Below are positions 30,698 through 41,799 of a stretch of 64,000 nucleotides of DNA, one piece after another. Within the stretch, counting starts at the first letter, position 1. Every line of letters begins with the position of its first letter. The notes beneath the pieces are model-generated. The model had not been told where the DNA came from. It did not search any database and worked only from the letters and a program-made list of their open reading frames with translations. Source of the DNA: Andalucia godoyi And28 (lineage: Eukaryota; Protista; Jakobida); contig VRVR01000020.1 in NCBI GenBank assembly GCA_009859145.1, positions 211,710 to 275,709 of the forward strand. Direction: 5' to 3'. A program made the position numbers and the translations under genes.

Positions 30698-31627
30698 ATG
30701 TCGCATGTTGTTGCATTGGCGCAGTCTCCGTTTGAGCCTATTTGGCAAATGTTTCTGAGAAGTGAAAAGTTGATCGGGAATGATATTCTGTTTGGAGTAG
30801 CAATCCAGCAGTTCTTCCATGTGTCGTACATCATTGTGTCTTCGATCTGGACCTATTTGTACATTTACCACAACTACAAGCATGGTGCGCATCGTCCAGC
30901 TGCGCTTCGGCTGAACTTTATTCTCAAGTGGCTTGCGATCAACACGCTTGTGCTCATCAGCGTTGCCGCTTTGCCGCCTGCGCTGGGTCTCAAGGCTGAG
31001 TGGCCCGTCCACGCCCCTTCGGTCTCCACATTCCTCTATCAGTTGTTCTGGATTCTGGTCTGGTACGACGTGTTTTTCTGGACTTTCCACTACGCTTTCC
31101 ATCGCATTCCTTGGTTCTACAAGAACATTCACTCCGTGCACCACCAGTGCAACCCGGTTGTGGCCGTTCATTCGCAGGTGATGCATCCTTTGGAAATGCT
31201 CTTGCTCACTTTCCCCGCAATTGTCCCGGGTGTTGCCCTTGGCTACCACCCATTCTCCTACTTTTTCTTCCAGATGTGCCTTGTCGTGTATGGTTCGTTT
31301 GTTCACGGACACTTTGACTACAACGTCGAGAAATACACGCTTGGAATCATGGCTGGCTCTATCTCCCATGGAAGACACCACACGGCCTGCGACACCAACT
31401 ACGGGGGATTCACGTCAATCATGGACCGGTTGATGGGAACGTACACTTTTGACAAGCACGTTCGGAATAACTCCCCTCTCGACTTTGCATTCCGTGCTAT
31501 CGACTCGATGCTGGGAAGACAGGAGGATCCGAGACTCGACAGGGCCGCTGCTATGTTCTTGGCCGAGGAAAAGAAGAACTTTGAGCTGCAGCAACAGGCT
31601 GAGAAGAAGACCAAGAAAGTCGAGTAG
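30698..31627 (+). CDS. Fatty-acid hydroxylase/sterol desaturase superfamily (ERG25/CH25H-like) (309 aa)
   Basis: Histidine boxes HYAFH, HSVHH, HGHF and HGRHH; NYGGF...DRLMGT; TM segments. Confidence 0.85.
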   Translation: MSHVVALAQSPFEPIWQMFLRSEKLIGNDILFGVAIQQFFHVSYIIVSSIWTYLYIYHNYKHGAHRPAALRLNFILKWLAINTLVLISVAALPPALGLKAEWPVHAPSVSTFLYQLFWILVWYDVFFWTFHYAFHRIPWFYKNIHSVHHQCNPVVAVHSQVMHPLEMLLLTFPAIVPGVALGYHPFSYFFFQMCLVVYGSFVHGHFDYNVEKYTLGIMAGSISHGRHHTACDTNYGGFTSIMDRLMGTYTFDKHVRNNSPLDFAFRAIDSMLGRQEDPRLDRAAAMFLAEEKKNFELQQQAEKKTKKVE

Positions 31628-31763
31628 CAGTAGTAGTAGGTAATAATAATACTTTCATCATTTAACAAGGGGTGCTGTTTATTACACCGGCTGATGTGTA
31701 GAATGTTCTTGTCTCTTGAGCAAGATCATTGGAAAAGGTGAGAAATTGGTACAGTAAATTAAA

Positions 31764-32370
31764 TTAAAAAATGCATCCGTATATATACATATATTTGTCA
31801 CTTTGTTCATGTTCTCTTTGCCGCTCGCCAACACATGAATCGTGATTGATCATCGGGCTAAGCTGTCCCCGAAGACAGGATCCCAAGCCACGTGTTTTGC
31901 ATTTTTGGGGCGAGCACCAACTCCTCAATGCAGATTGCTCTGCATCAAAGGGCCATCGCTTCTTCTTCTTGCTCTGCGCCTTCGACGAGAGGGGATCAGC
32001 GGGTTTCTTGGTTCTCGGCATCTTCAGGCATGGCCGGTGTGAGTTTGTTGGGAAGATCCCTCTCTGGAGCCATGAGATGCCTTCTTTTTTGTCTTTGATG
32101 AAAGGTGCTGCTTGAAGGTTCGATTACGAACAACACAAGCAGAAAGGACAAGGAAGTGAAAGAATGAAAAGGAAATTCCAGACTGCACTACGGTAGGAAC
32201 ATAGCGTCCCCGCCATAGGGTTCGATAAACAAAAACGTCCAGTATTAAATGTTGCCTGTTGGATGTTCAAAGTTGAGACACGGAATCGGTCACCCGTTCA
32301 AGTTTCATACAAAACACGACCGACGATCGTCTTGCATCTCCAGCTGAAAATGAGAAAACGACCGGCCATT
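31764..32370 (-). other. Possible small spliced gene, structure unresolved
   Basis: An open frame ..DKKEGISWLQRGIFP..KKKKRWPF.. runs from about 32130 to 31764. A GTATGA donor lies near 32310 and there are pyrimidine-rich acceptor-like tracts. I found no consistent model. Confidence 0.2.
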
Positions 32371-32454
32371 CGAAAAGCATGAAGCTTTGATGAAGAAGAA
32401 GAGGGGGGAAACAAAAACGTTGAAATAGCTACGAAGCCTTGAATCGACGCATAG

Positions 32455-33477
32455 ATGGAGTGTCTGTTGGAACGAAGAGTGTGCGGCAACAACACTTGTG
32501 GACTGCCGGCAATTCATGGAAGCCTGAGGACTGCGAATGGTACGACATCGACTGGCGTTTCATCCGAATATGACTTTCTGACGTTCTTTGCGAATCCCTT
32601 TTCCTTCGATGGCCAAACGCGCGCGTCAGTGAAACAGGTATTTTTGTTCTTGTCCGGAAACCCCGGAATGCCCTTCTTGTATGAAGCATTCTTGGCGCAC
32701 ATTCAAGTGGCGTTCCCTGATATGTTGGTGATGTGCTTGGGGTATCCGGGCATGTCCACGGTGGATCCAAGCCCGAAGCTTACCGAGTTCCGAGAACCAG
32801 ATCACAGTATTGACGATCACATTTCTGTGGCGGCACAATTCCTGCAGCATATGCTTGCCCAGTTTCCTTCTGCTGGATTCATTCTCGGAGGTCATTCTTT
32901 CGGATGCTATGCGATCGTTGAGCTGCTGCGGCGAAATGCGGTGGACTGCTCGGCTTTGTTGAACGTGCTGTTTGTTTGTCCGACGTTGCGCCGCGTGAAA
33001 AAGAGAGCACCGCTTGGTGTGCGGTTCATGGCACTGCCTGGAGTGCGTGAGTCTGTTGCGACTTTAGCATGGACGCTTGGTCAGCTGCCTCGCTCGCTTC
33101 TGCGTGGGCTGGACTTCCTTTTTCGCGCGGAGTCTGATTCTCCTAAGGCCTTCGACGGCTTCTTGAAGTATTCTGTTGTTCGGAGCACTCTTCGACTTGC
33201 GAAAGACGAATTCGATTGCATTGTTGAAATGGATACGGACGTGCTTACTGAAATGGGGGAGAAGCTAATCGTACTGATCACCAAGAATGATTCTTGGGTG
33301 CTCGAAGAGGATCGCGCGCGGTTGAGAAGCGAGGCACGGAAGGTGGGAGCCACCTATCTGGGTCCATTAGACGGAGACCATACTCTCATTTTCGAGAACT
33401 CGGAACTTGCAAAGCAGTGCGTCATCCCTGTTCTTCGACAACGTCTGCAGAGCCAGACTCGAAAGAGAACCGAATAA
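32455..33477 (+). CDS. LDAH: Lipid droplet-associated hydrolase (alpha/beta hydrolase) (340 aa)
   Basis: FLSGNPG...Y..FL, GHSFG nucleophile elbow, LAKDEF, D.WV, and a C-terminal DH. Confidence 0.75.
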   Translation: MECLLERRVCGNNTCGLPAIHGSLRTANGTTSTGVSSEYDFLTFFANPFSFDGQTRASVKQVFLFLSGNPGMPFLYEAFLAHIQVAFPDMLVMCLGYPGMSTVDPSPKLTEFREPDHSIDDHISVAAQFLQHMLAQFPSAGFILGGHSFGCYAIVELLRRNAVDCSALLNVLFVCPTLRRVKKRAPLGVRFMALPGVRESVATLAWTLGQLPRSLLRGLDFLFRAESDSPKAFDGFLKYSVVRSTLRLAKDEFDCIVEMDTDVLTEMGEKLIVLITKNDSWVLEEDRARLRSEARKVGATYLGPLDGDHTLIFENSELAKQCVIPVLRQRLQSQTRKRTE

Positions 33478-33565
33478 CAACTTCCAGAGGGCCTTCTTGG
33501 TTTACCAATTCATTGCTGTACAGAGAAAGGAACAAACAAACAAAGCACACACACGGGGTCGGTTG

Positions 33566-35132
33566 TTACAAATTGCTCGCTCGAGGCAACTGCGGGGTCT
33601 TGTAGTCCTTCGGAAACAGTCTGGAATAACTTTCTCGTGATTTCTTGATGTACCGCTCAGCGACCTCACAGGTATCCTTAATGGCAAAGTAGCAAACCAC
33701 AATTCTATAGAAATTCGAGATGCGATGGAGTCTTTCCATAGTACCATGCGAAAACTTTGACTGCTCTGCCTTGGCAATCCATCCGTCAATAAAATCCGAT
33801 CGTTCGAGCAGCTTGGTCAACCACAGTGTGTAAGGAACATTGTCCGCACTTTGTTTCTTTGAATTCGTAAACTTGGAGATGGCATGCCCCACTTTCCAGA
33901 GCTTCTCTGAGAATTTAGATTCCTTCTTCTGCGACGGCCCCGAAGACTCCTCCCAGTGATTGATATGTGGAATGACCTTTGACAACTGCTGCGCAGCCAG
34001 AATCTCAGCGGACCGGACGAAATCATCAGCCGCACGAGCCCAACTTGACGTGTCTCCAAAATCGACAGCTGAAAACTTGACCAACAACGTACAGAGACCA
34101 TCACAGAACTGGTTCTTGTTCGTCGACATGTGAAACTTCAGGTGCGGTTGGTCCCATGCTTCCGGCGGCACGAAAAAGTTCGGTGACAGATACGCACCGG
34201 TGGTCAATGTCTGCCGAATCTTTCGAAGCAAGAAAAACGGATGGCGGATCGACGTGATGGGAACATTAAACTCCTCGGCATTGCACTGCACCGTGACATC
34301 CGTTCGTCGACAAACAAAACAAAATAAAAATAAAAATAAAAAATAACTCAAAAATAAATGAATACATAAATGAATGCATTCTGAATCGCAATCAAGGGAG
34401 AGAGGGGAAACACCAAAATAATAATAAACATACGTGCGGCATTGCAATCTCTTTGAAATTAACTGGAAATGCAGGGTCTGTGTACGATACTGCGCCGCGA
34501 TACGCCTCAGGAGCACTGAACGCCGAGGCAGAGGATGTAGGTCCCACGGCTTGGTAATCCGACTCTCTTTTTCAAGAATGAACGAAAAAACATGTATGCA
34601 AACACGTATATGCATGAGAAATGAAGTCAAGAAAACATCGGAAGATAAAATCGAAAAACAGAAAAGTGTACATACAGTGAGGAATCCAAAGCAGAATTGC
34701 TCGATGAGGGAGAGGCCCGAAGCTGTGTTACGCGGTCTCGATACATGGTTTCCTGATAAACACACATCATCAAACCACCAAACCACCAAACCGACAAGCA
34801 AGACAAAACACACATAACATAATTAGCATTCTGCATCAATCGATTCTAACGCTCGGCCAATAAACGAAGATGCGTGGCAAAAAGCGGAATAGGTACCCAC
34901 TACCCATTCGTCACGAAGTACATACATAATCCTGGATGGTCGCAAGCTGCTCTGCATATCCTTCAAACTTTGGGCGCATTGCTGCAAGGCCGGAAACAGC
35001 TTGTTCGTATAAATCAGCCGCTTTGAGATACTCGCCTTGCCCTTCTGCGGTAATCGCGTCCTGTGCGACCTTTCCAATTTTCATCAGTTCACGGCGAAGT
35101 AGCTCGTCCGCTGCATTCTCTTCGGTGCTCAT
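33566..35132 (-). CDS. MIT-domain protein with conserved-looking C-terminal domain, 4 exons (378 aa)
   Basis: Exons 35132-34926, 34752-34676, 34566-34434, 34285-33566; all donors GTATGT; total 1137 nt, in frame. MIT helices: AQDAITAEGQGEYLKAADLYEQAV...YRDRVTQLR. The AAG acceptor at 34567 is the least certain. Confidence 0.65.
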
Positions 35133-35469
35133 GAGAAAAGACTGTGGAGGGATTAAGTCTAGCGCTTTCAAGTGGAAACGTGGGCCTTTTCACGCAGCAG
35201 CAGAAGAAGAAAGAACAAAAAATGAAGATTCAGATGAAGATCAGGAAGAATATATTAATAAAATAAATAACAATCAAAATAAATAGAGGTTTCGTGGACT
35301 CGAAAGGGGAACTGAAAGAGTCAGAAGAAAGCAGGATCATGTGATGCAACAAAAAAAAAGATACCGTACGGCTGCTGGGAATGAGAGGGAAGACCCTGGG
35401 GAGACCGGAGGGAGACCAAGGAGTCTACGGGAATACGGGGAAGGAAGGAGGGGAAAGCAGCGATTTTTT

Positions 35470-37857
35470 TCAGACTTTATCGTAGGACTGGGCACGCTTG
35501 CTACGGATGCGAAGGAACACAATTGCGCCAATTAACGCGATCGCACCAATAACTCCGCAAGCGACGGCAATGGACACCACGATGTCTCCGCTGGAATACG
35601 ACGATTTGGGAGCCGCGACTTCGGGGATTGCACGAGCTTGAAGACTGAATTCCGAAGGTGTCCAGTACTGGCCAAGTGGTTCGACACCAGTTTTCCAAGC
35701 CGGATCCTCAAAAAACAGCACTGCTTTCGAGTATACCGGGACCATGGTCTGCGCAGATTGTTCATATGCAAAATTCCAATCCAGAATCCGGAAGTCTCCT
35801 GGAACTCGAGAAAACTCGCGGGGCAAGTCTTCGTTGCCAGCGTGCATTGCGTTGAAGTTGAATCGGGCGCGCGCCAGAGTCGGAAGAGTGTCAAGTCCGC
35901 TGTACCCTGCCGTCTGGGCATCGCTCACAAAATCCGGCCACTCAACGACGTTGCCGCCCGTGAAACTCGAGGACTCCATCACGTCGTCGAGAAGTCCGCC
36001 CCAGGTGACAATAAACGCCTTGCCGTGGAATCGGAGCTTGGTGTTGAACAAAGAGCACGCAGAACCACACAATCCATCGGACAGAACCAGCATCTTCTTG
36101 AACGAGTACCGGATGGGATTCGGAACAAAGGTAGAGAAGTTTAACGATGAAACACACTCTGCTGGAAACTGCGACAACGGCGAGTGGCGCGACCACAAGC
36201 CTGCGCGCTCGGTCCAAACATCATAGGAGTACCATGAGGTGTTCTGTACTGGAAGTCCCGTGAACGGATCAAACCGACTCTGAGGATCAAAGTCTGAGTC
36301 GCCAGGAAGAACAGACAGATCATCAGAAATAGAGCTCTTTCGGATCTCGTATGGCTCATACAACCAGCGGAACGAATCGGCGGGCAAAGACCACTCTTCT
36401 GGGAACAAACTCTGCAATGCGTTGTACGACAAGCAGATGATTCCGCCTCCATTCGACACCACATCGAGCAATAGATTCTCGACGCTGCTTGTCTGCGAGA
36501 ATTGAATGCATTGCTGCATGGTCTGCAAGAACGACGCATACCAAGCTCCAAAGACATACTCCTCGGAACCAGCCATGTAGAACGTAGCCAGCTTCATGAC
36601 CATAACCGATTGATCTGCGAAATACGTGCACACCACGGAATTGTTCAATGATGATGCAACAATCGTCGCTGCCCCGATTGCAAGAGGCTCCATGGAGGCG
36701 GCGGCGTTGGATGATGACGGCTGACCAACCAACTTGCGGATCTGTTCATAGTGCTTGTACACGTCTCCCAGTGATGACTTTGGGGCTGTAAATCCTGCAT
36801 TCGGGTTCTCTGGAGTCGCAACATTCTGGGGTTTAATAGGATGGATCACCGACGACGGAAGAACCGTGGGATCGGTCAAGCGCTTCAATTCCTCATAGTG
36901 TGCATACGGATCTTCCGGAGCTTTCAATTTGTCCTTGGTGTGCACGTCATGACCCGAAGCCTTGTGAATTCTCCGGAACTTTGAGTTCTTCGATTTGAAC
37001 GTAATCTGCTCATAGTCCACAGTCGCAGGGCCCGAGATAGCAGGCAGCGTACGTGCATACAAATCAGCGGCATTGGCAAACGCCGCCTGCGAAACAATCA
37101 AGCGAGGAATCGCAACGAAATCAGTCGTTGCTCCTCCGAATGCAAACGTGATGCTATCGGTATTCGGAAGAGAGATGGACCGTCCAATCGCGAGCGCCGG
37201 AATAAGATTCTTCACTGCGTTGTTGAAGCGAACACCATGGTCTCGAGACACTCCAGCTCGATCACCAAGTCCCTGGATGTAGTCCTTGATCGGAAGCCCG
37301 TCCACAGAAAGAATGGGCCGTCCTATGTATTTCTGCAAGTCGATTTGACCGCCCACCCACGCAGAGTACCGAGACCCAGCAATTACCGTTTCACCCGCTG
37401 CAACCACCAAAAACTGATTATTATCAGCAACTGAAGCAGTGACCTGGAAAGGCAAAACATACAAAAACGTATAGTACGCCGCAGGGGGAAAATACAATGT
37501 ATGTGCATCTCCCAGTCTGGCAAACACCTCGGAAAGATCTTGGTGGAAAGCATAGTCTGAGGCATAGGCAGTCGCAGCAATTCTGTCCAACTCTGCATTC
37601 AGATCCACCTTGATGTAAAATGGAGCGCCAGAATCCGTTGAAATGTCCGCAAACGCATACAGCTTCACAAGATTCCGCAGCTGTGCAACAGTCTGCGACT
37701 GAACCGTTGAGGACAGCGGGATCAAGTCCACACATGCTTGAAGTTGAGAAGGCCTCAAACCCTGCAAAACCGCTACCGTGCAAGCATCGTTGTCCGCACG
37801 CGACACCGAAAGCAGCGCCAACCCGATCACAACCGTCGCAAAGAAGACAGCACGCAT
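35470..37857 (-). CDS. Type I membrane-anchored S41-family peptidase (795 aa)
   Basis: Signal peptide; DAHT; LLLDVVSNGGG and SDGLCGSACSLF S41 motifs; C-terminal TM helix; short tail ending YDKV. Confidence 0.8.
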   Translation of the reverse strand: MRAVFFATVVIGLALLSVSRADNDACTVAVLQGLRPSQLQACVDLIPLSSTVQSQTVAQLRNLVKLYAFADISTDSGAPFYIKVDLNAELDRIAATAYASDYAFHQDLSEVFARLGDAHTLYFPPAAYYTFLYVLPFQVTASVADNNQFLVVAAGETVIAGSRYSAWVGGQIDLQKYIGRPILSVDGLPIKDYIQGLGDRAGVSRDHGVRFNNAVKNLIPALAIGRSISLPNTDSITFAFGGATTDFVAIPRLIVSQAAFANAADLYARTLPAISGPATVDYEQITFKSKNSKFRRIHKASGHDVHTKDKLKAPEDPYAHYEELKRLTDPTVLPSSVIHPIKPQNVATPENPNAGFTAPKSSLGDVYKHYEQIRKLVGQPSSSNAAASMEPLAIGAATIVASSLNNSVVCTYFADQSVMVMKLATFYMAGSEEYVFGAWYASFLQTMQQCIQFSQTSSVENLLLDVVSNGGGIICLSYNALQSLFPEEWSLPADSFRWLYEPYEIRKSSISDDLSVLPGDSDFDPQSRFDPFTGLPVQNTSWYSYDVWTERAGLWSRHSPLSQFPAECVSSLNFSTFVPNPIRYSFKKMLVLSDGLCGSACSLFNTKLRFHGKAFIVTWGGLLDDVMESSSFTGGNVVEWPDFVSDAQTAGYSGLDTLPTLARARFNFNAMHAGNEDLPREFSRVPGDFRILDWNFAYEQSAQTMVPVYSKAVLFFEDPAWKTGVEPLGQYWTPSEFSLQARAIPEVAAPKSSYSSGDIVVSIAVACGVIGAIALIGAIVFLRIRSKRAQSYDKV

Positions 37858-37897
37858 CGAAGTCTCGCCCTCTCCGAAATCAATTCAGAAAAGCCTC

Positions 37898-37956
37898 CAC
37901 ACTCACACTCACACTCACACTCACACACACTCACACTCACTCACACACAATCACTC
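37898..37956. repeat. CACT/CA compound microsatellite
   Basis: Read directly. It reads GAGT/GT on the sense strand of the S41 gene. Confidence 0.9.
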
Positions 37957-38293
37957 AAGAAAAAAAGGGTTTTAAAAATATCAAAAAATGAAGAAACAGA
38001 AATGCACATGAGAAACAAGGGAAATAAAGGCCTACATCAACGAACGTTTGGTAAATGGAAAAGGAAAGCGCCTTTGGCGTGGAAAAAGAAATTGCAATGG
38101 GATTTTCGAGCATGTCGGGGCTTTTTTAAATATCCGATGCAGAAACACGCTTAAAACTCAGAAACGCCAGGATGATCAAAATAATACGGTAAATAACAAT
38201 TAAAATGATGTAGTATTTTTATTATCATTTCCGCCACTTCTCTTTTCTTCTTGTTGCTGTGTTGAGAGAGGAGCGGTGAACGAGGGGACTGGA

Positions 38294-38857
38294 ATGGCTC
38301 CAGTGAAAATCCTTGCAGTGTGTCTTGGAAACATCTGCAGATCTCCTGCTGCAGAAGCTGCGTTGAAGGAATCGTTGTCTGCAAACGGGTTCAACGACGC
38401 AGTGGTTGACTCGGCCGGGACAGGCGGTTGGCACGTAGGAGAGAAACCGGATGGTCGCATAAGAGCTGCGGGGAAGAGAGCCGGGCTTCTTATTGATGGC
38501 GCCGCACGAAAGGTCGATGTGGCGGATTTTGATTCGTTCGACTACATTCTTGCAATGGACAAGTCGAATTATCTCAATTTGGCCATCTTGTCGTCGAAGA
38601 CGAATCATTATAAGAAGAAGAAAGAGGAGAAAGTAGAAGGTGTTGGTGCAAAGCTGTTCATGTTTGGTGAGTTTGCAGGTCCTGCATTCGTTGGAAACGA
38701 GAATAAGCACGGAAACCCACCCGAAGTCCCTGATCCATATTACGGAAGTGATTCCGACTTTGACTACGTGGTGAAGATGGTTCGCGATTGTTCTGAGAAC
38801 TTTGTATGCCGTCTAAAGAATGGAACACTGCCACGAAAAAGTTCTGTGTGCACTTGA
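38294..38857 (+). CDS. ACP1: Low-molecular-weight protein tyrosine phosphatase (187 aa)
   Basis: P-loop VCLGNICRSP, DSAGTGGWHVG, FDYILAMD, DPYYG. Confidence 0.9.
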   Translation: MAPVKILAVCLGNICRSPAAEAALKESLSANGFNDAVVDSAGTGGWHVGEKPDGRIRAAGKRAGLLIDGAARKVDVADFDSFDYILAMDKSNYLNLAILSSKTNHYKKKKEEKVEGVGAKLFMFGEFAGPAFVGNENKHGNPPEVPDPYYGSDSDFDYVVKMVRDCSENFVCRLKNGTLPRKSSVCT

Positions 38858-38914
38858 AAAGTTGGCAAGTGCTCTGTTACAAAGTTGTAAAATAAGAAGC
38901 CTGTTCGTCCTCCT

Positions 38915-40993
38915 TTACGAAGGAGAGCCATTCGTCGACTCGAAATCATCCGAATAGTCTGCGATTTCCGACACCTCTTCGGTTGCTGCATACGATGACG
39001 ACGACAGGGACGCTCGCGGATCCTCTGGCTTTGTAGGACTCGTCCCGGCGACAGACGCGTCGGCGTAATCGAATTGCGTGGGCTGCAAATCAACGACGTC
39101 CGGATGAACTTTGAGTTCCGCACGGAAGATGTTCACAACGAAGGCGTCGAGAATAAGCGCCGCTTCCTTGAAACACTCATCGGTAACCTCTTGCGAGAGC
39201 TTCGAGGCAATAAGGTCCAAGTTGGCTGCTGTCGACAAATCACCGTCATTGTACAGCTCCTTGGTATCCCGAAGATTCTTCCAGTAAGCTTCGCGTTGGC
39301 GAAAAACAGCGGTGGAACACGGGATCGACGACACATCGTCAATCTTCGCAGCTGCAGAAGAAGAGACTGTTTCCAGAGCAGAATGGGTCTGTGGGAATGG
39401 TGCACCGGGTCGCAGACTCGCGGATCCAAATCCAGGCACTCTCTGCTCATCGATCTTCGGTACGATGTCTTTCAATTTTTGCGCTGCAACCTGCCTCGTA
39501 TCGTCCACAAACAGAATCTCCAAGGCGTCGCCTTTTTTTCTGGGGTGGTGCGTGTCTGGCCGGTACTGACCAAGAACCCGCTTGAATATCTGCTCTTCTT
39601 CGGCTTCCATCGCTTCAAGAACGCGCAAAAGACTATCCGCATCCGCATCCCGCGCTGGCGCAGGTATCTTCTTCATTGCCCGTTTCACCTTCGTTACCTT
39701 CTTTGACTCTTTGGGAGCTTCGTCCACCTCGGACGCTTGCACACCAGCTTCATTGCCCACAATGAAGACTGACACATCTTTGGGGGGCGTCTGGGGCGCC
39801 TGGATCGCGAGCGACGAAGAGTTTCCCAGCATGTCGGCAAATGTTTCGTCTTGGCTGCGTTTCTCTACCCCAACTGTCCTTTGTGCACTCTGTCTTTTCT
39901 GCAGAAACTTGTTGATAGAATTCAGCAAGAATGTCACTCGAGACACATCCGGCTTCTCGGCTGCTTCTTCCTGTGGCGATTTTCTGTACGAAAGCAGAGA
40001 ATCTTTGTGGTGGTCCGCGTCCGATACTCGCTTTGTCGGAGTTTTGGACGGCGTGGATACAATTGCTCCAGGCAGCCTGGGAGACTTTTGCTTCGCCAGT
40101 TTCCGCAAGTACTGTTGGAGCGAACTCTTGTTGCTCTGCAACCGGCTGTTCTCCGCAGCCATATCGTCAAACGACTTGTGGGGAGTGCTGTCTACGACGA
40201 ATTCTCGCGACTTTTGATTCTCGCGCAACTGCTTGAACGGGTCATAGTGTGTCCTCAGAACCTTTCCATTCCCTTCCAAACTCTTCGGCCCAGCATTTCT
40301 GGGCTCATACTTGGAGTGTCTCACTGGATGCACATCCAATGGAGGCTCCTTTTTGACGGCTGCTGACGCCGGGCGGTTCACGACCGCCGATGGTCTTTCC
40401 GATGGCTTTGGAACAACTGCAGATTGCGCTATTTTCGACAAGAACTGGGCATCTCGGGACTCTGGACTCATGTTTTCTTTGCTCGCCTTGGAAGCGACAA
40501 CAGTCCTCGTGGTGCTCACGGGAGCTGCGCGATCATCGGAGCTGCGAGAATAGCTGGGGTTCGCAGAAGAGGGTCTCTTCACGATTGCACCCTTGGAGGC
40601 ACCACCGTCCACCACAACAAATGACGGCTTTGGGACTTTTGATTGCATGTTTGAAGAAGAAGGAAGCACCGTCTTCTTATCTGAACCATATCCTTTCTGC
40701 GTCAACTTTGCTGAAAACTCTGGTAGCTCCGCGCGGTACATCATCTTCTGAATGTCCTCCTCATACTTGCGCAGCTTGAGTTCGCGGTTTGCATCCTTTT
40801 GTGCAAGTTCCCAGGCAACCGCAAACACAGTGTCCGGCATCTCGCGGTCCGAGTATTCTTGGAAGGAAACAGGAATCGCAGTGGAGAAGATGTCAGCAGT
40901 CGCAAAGTCTGGTTGCGACGGACTGGGAGTTGCAAAGTGGGACAATGCTAATGACGGAGCATTTGTAAATACAATCGGTTTTGGATCGCTCAT
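38915..40993 (-). CDS. Low-complexity protein with moonraker (KIAA0753)-like C-terminus (692 aa)
   Basis: Long ORF. LRVLEAMEAEEEQI and DLIASKLSQEVTDECFKEAA..DAFVVNIFRAE resemble the moonraker C-terminal helices (recalled from memory). Start codon uncertain. Confidence 0.5.
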   Translation of the reverse strand: MSDPKPIVFTNAPSLALSHFATPSPSQPDFATADIFSTAIPVSFQEYSDREMPDTVFAVAWELAQKDANRELKLRKYEEDIQKMMYRAELPEFSAKLTQKGYGSDKKTVLPSSSNMQSKVPKPSFVVVDGGASKGAIVKRPSSANPSYSRSSDDRAAPVSTTRTVVASKASKENMSPESRDAQFLSKIAQSAVVPKPSERPSAVVNRPASAAVKKEPPLDVHPVRHSKYEPRNAGPKSLEGNGKVLRTHYDPFKQLRENQKSREFVVDSTPHKSFDDMAAENSRLQSNKSSLQQYLRKLAKQKSPRLPGAIVSTPSKTPTKRVSDADHHKDSLLSYRKSPQEEAAEKPDVSRVTFLLNSINKFLQKRQSAQRTVGVEKRSQDETFADMLGNSSSLAIQAPQTPPKDVSVFIVGNEAGVQASEVDEAPKESKKVTKVKRAMKKIPAPARDADADSLLRVLEAMEAEEEQIFKRVLGQYRPDTHHPRKKGDALEILFVDDTRQVAAQKLKDIVPKIDEQRVPGFGSASLRPGAPFPQTHSALETVSSSAAAKIDDVSSIPCSTAVFRQREAYWKNLRDTKELYNDGDLSTAANLDLIASKLSQEVTDECFKEAALILDAFVVNIFRAELKVHPDVVDLQPTQFDYADASVAGTSPTKPEDPRASLSSSSYAATEEVSEIADYSDDFESTNGSPS

Positions 40994-41488
40994 TTCCTTG
41001 ATCAATGACCCTTTATGGCTTCTTCTCAAATTAATAGCAATTGTTGTTACCTTTTTCTGTCTTTTCTTCTTCTTCTTCTTCTTCTTCTGTTGGCACTGTT
41101 CAAAGAGGCGCTCAGCGTTAAATGTACATGAATTCGGGTTATACGCCAAAAATAAATCTCAAAATACACACTAGCAAGTTGCACAGCACGAAAGAATCCT
41201 TGTCATTGTCACTTTGCCTTCTATTATTATTATTTTTATTTTATTATTTTTTTTGGACTCTCACTTTTTGGTGGGAAAGCCTTGTTTAACGACACTGTTA
41301 CAGCAGCTGCAGATTTGCAGACTTGCAGACCCGCATGTGCTGCTGGCTGTAGTCCAGATGCATTTGGCAAATCTGTGGGAAAGGAAAGAAAATGCAATTA
41401 ACGTTGCTTTGGCGTACCATGCGCGATGGCATTCGTGGGTGTGTGTGATATGCATGGGGGTGTGTGGCTGGGAGCGTGAAAGTGTAAA

Positions 41489-41768
41489 ATGTCCATTGAG
41501 CTTGTAATTGGAAAGCTGAACGATGCGGAAATGCGAGTGTCCAGAGAACTGAGTGCGGATTCTCTCGCGGACTTTCGAGATGCCATTGACAATGCTTCAT
41601 TTCAAATGCGGTTTTTTAAAGACGAATCTGCAGAGTTCAGCAGTCTAAACGACGCGCTCAAGCGATGTAGACAGGTGGAAGTTGCCTTTCGCGAAAAGTT
41701 GCGAAAAGACCAGAGTTTACTGAATCGATCGCAGTTGGTCCACCGAAGTCACAGTTATAACAGTAGTC

Positions 41769-41799
<31 letters not shown>

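Noticed and set aside
30605-31381. Long antisense/shadow ORFs (also 46946-47980, 49930-50949, 44356-45033, 63248-63985, 28093-29025)
   Set aside because: They lie opposite well-supported genes and have no motifs, as expected from codon bias.
32180-32232. tRNA-like GGGTTCGAT
   Set aside because: The B-box is incomplete and no cloverleaf could be formed.
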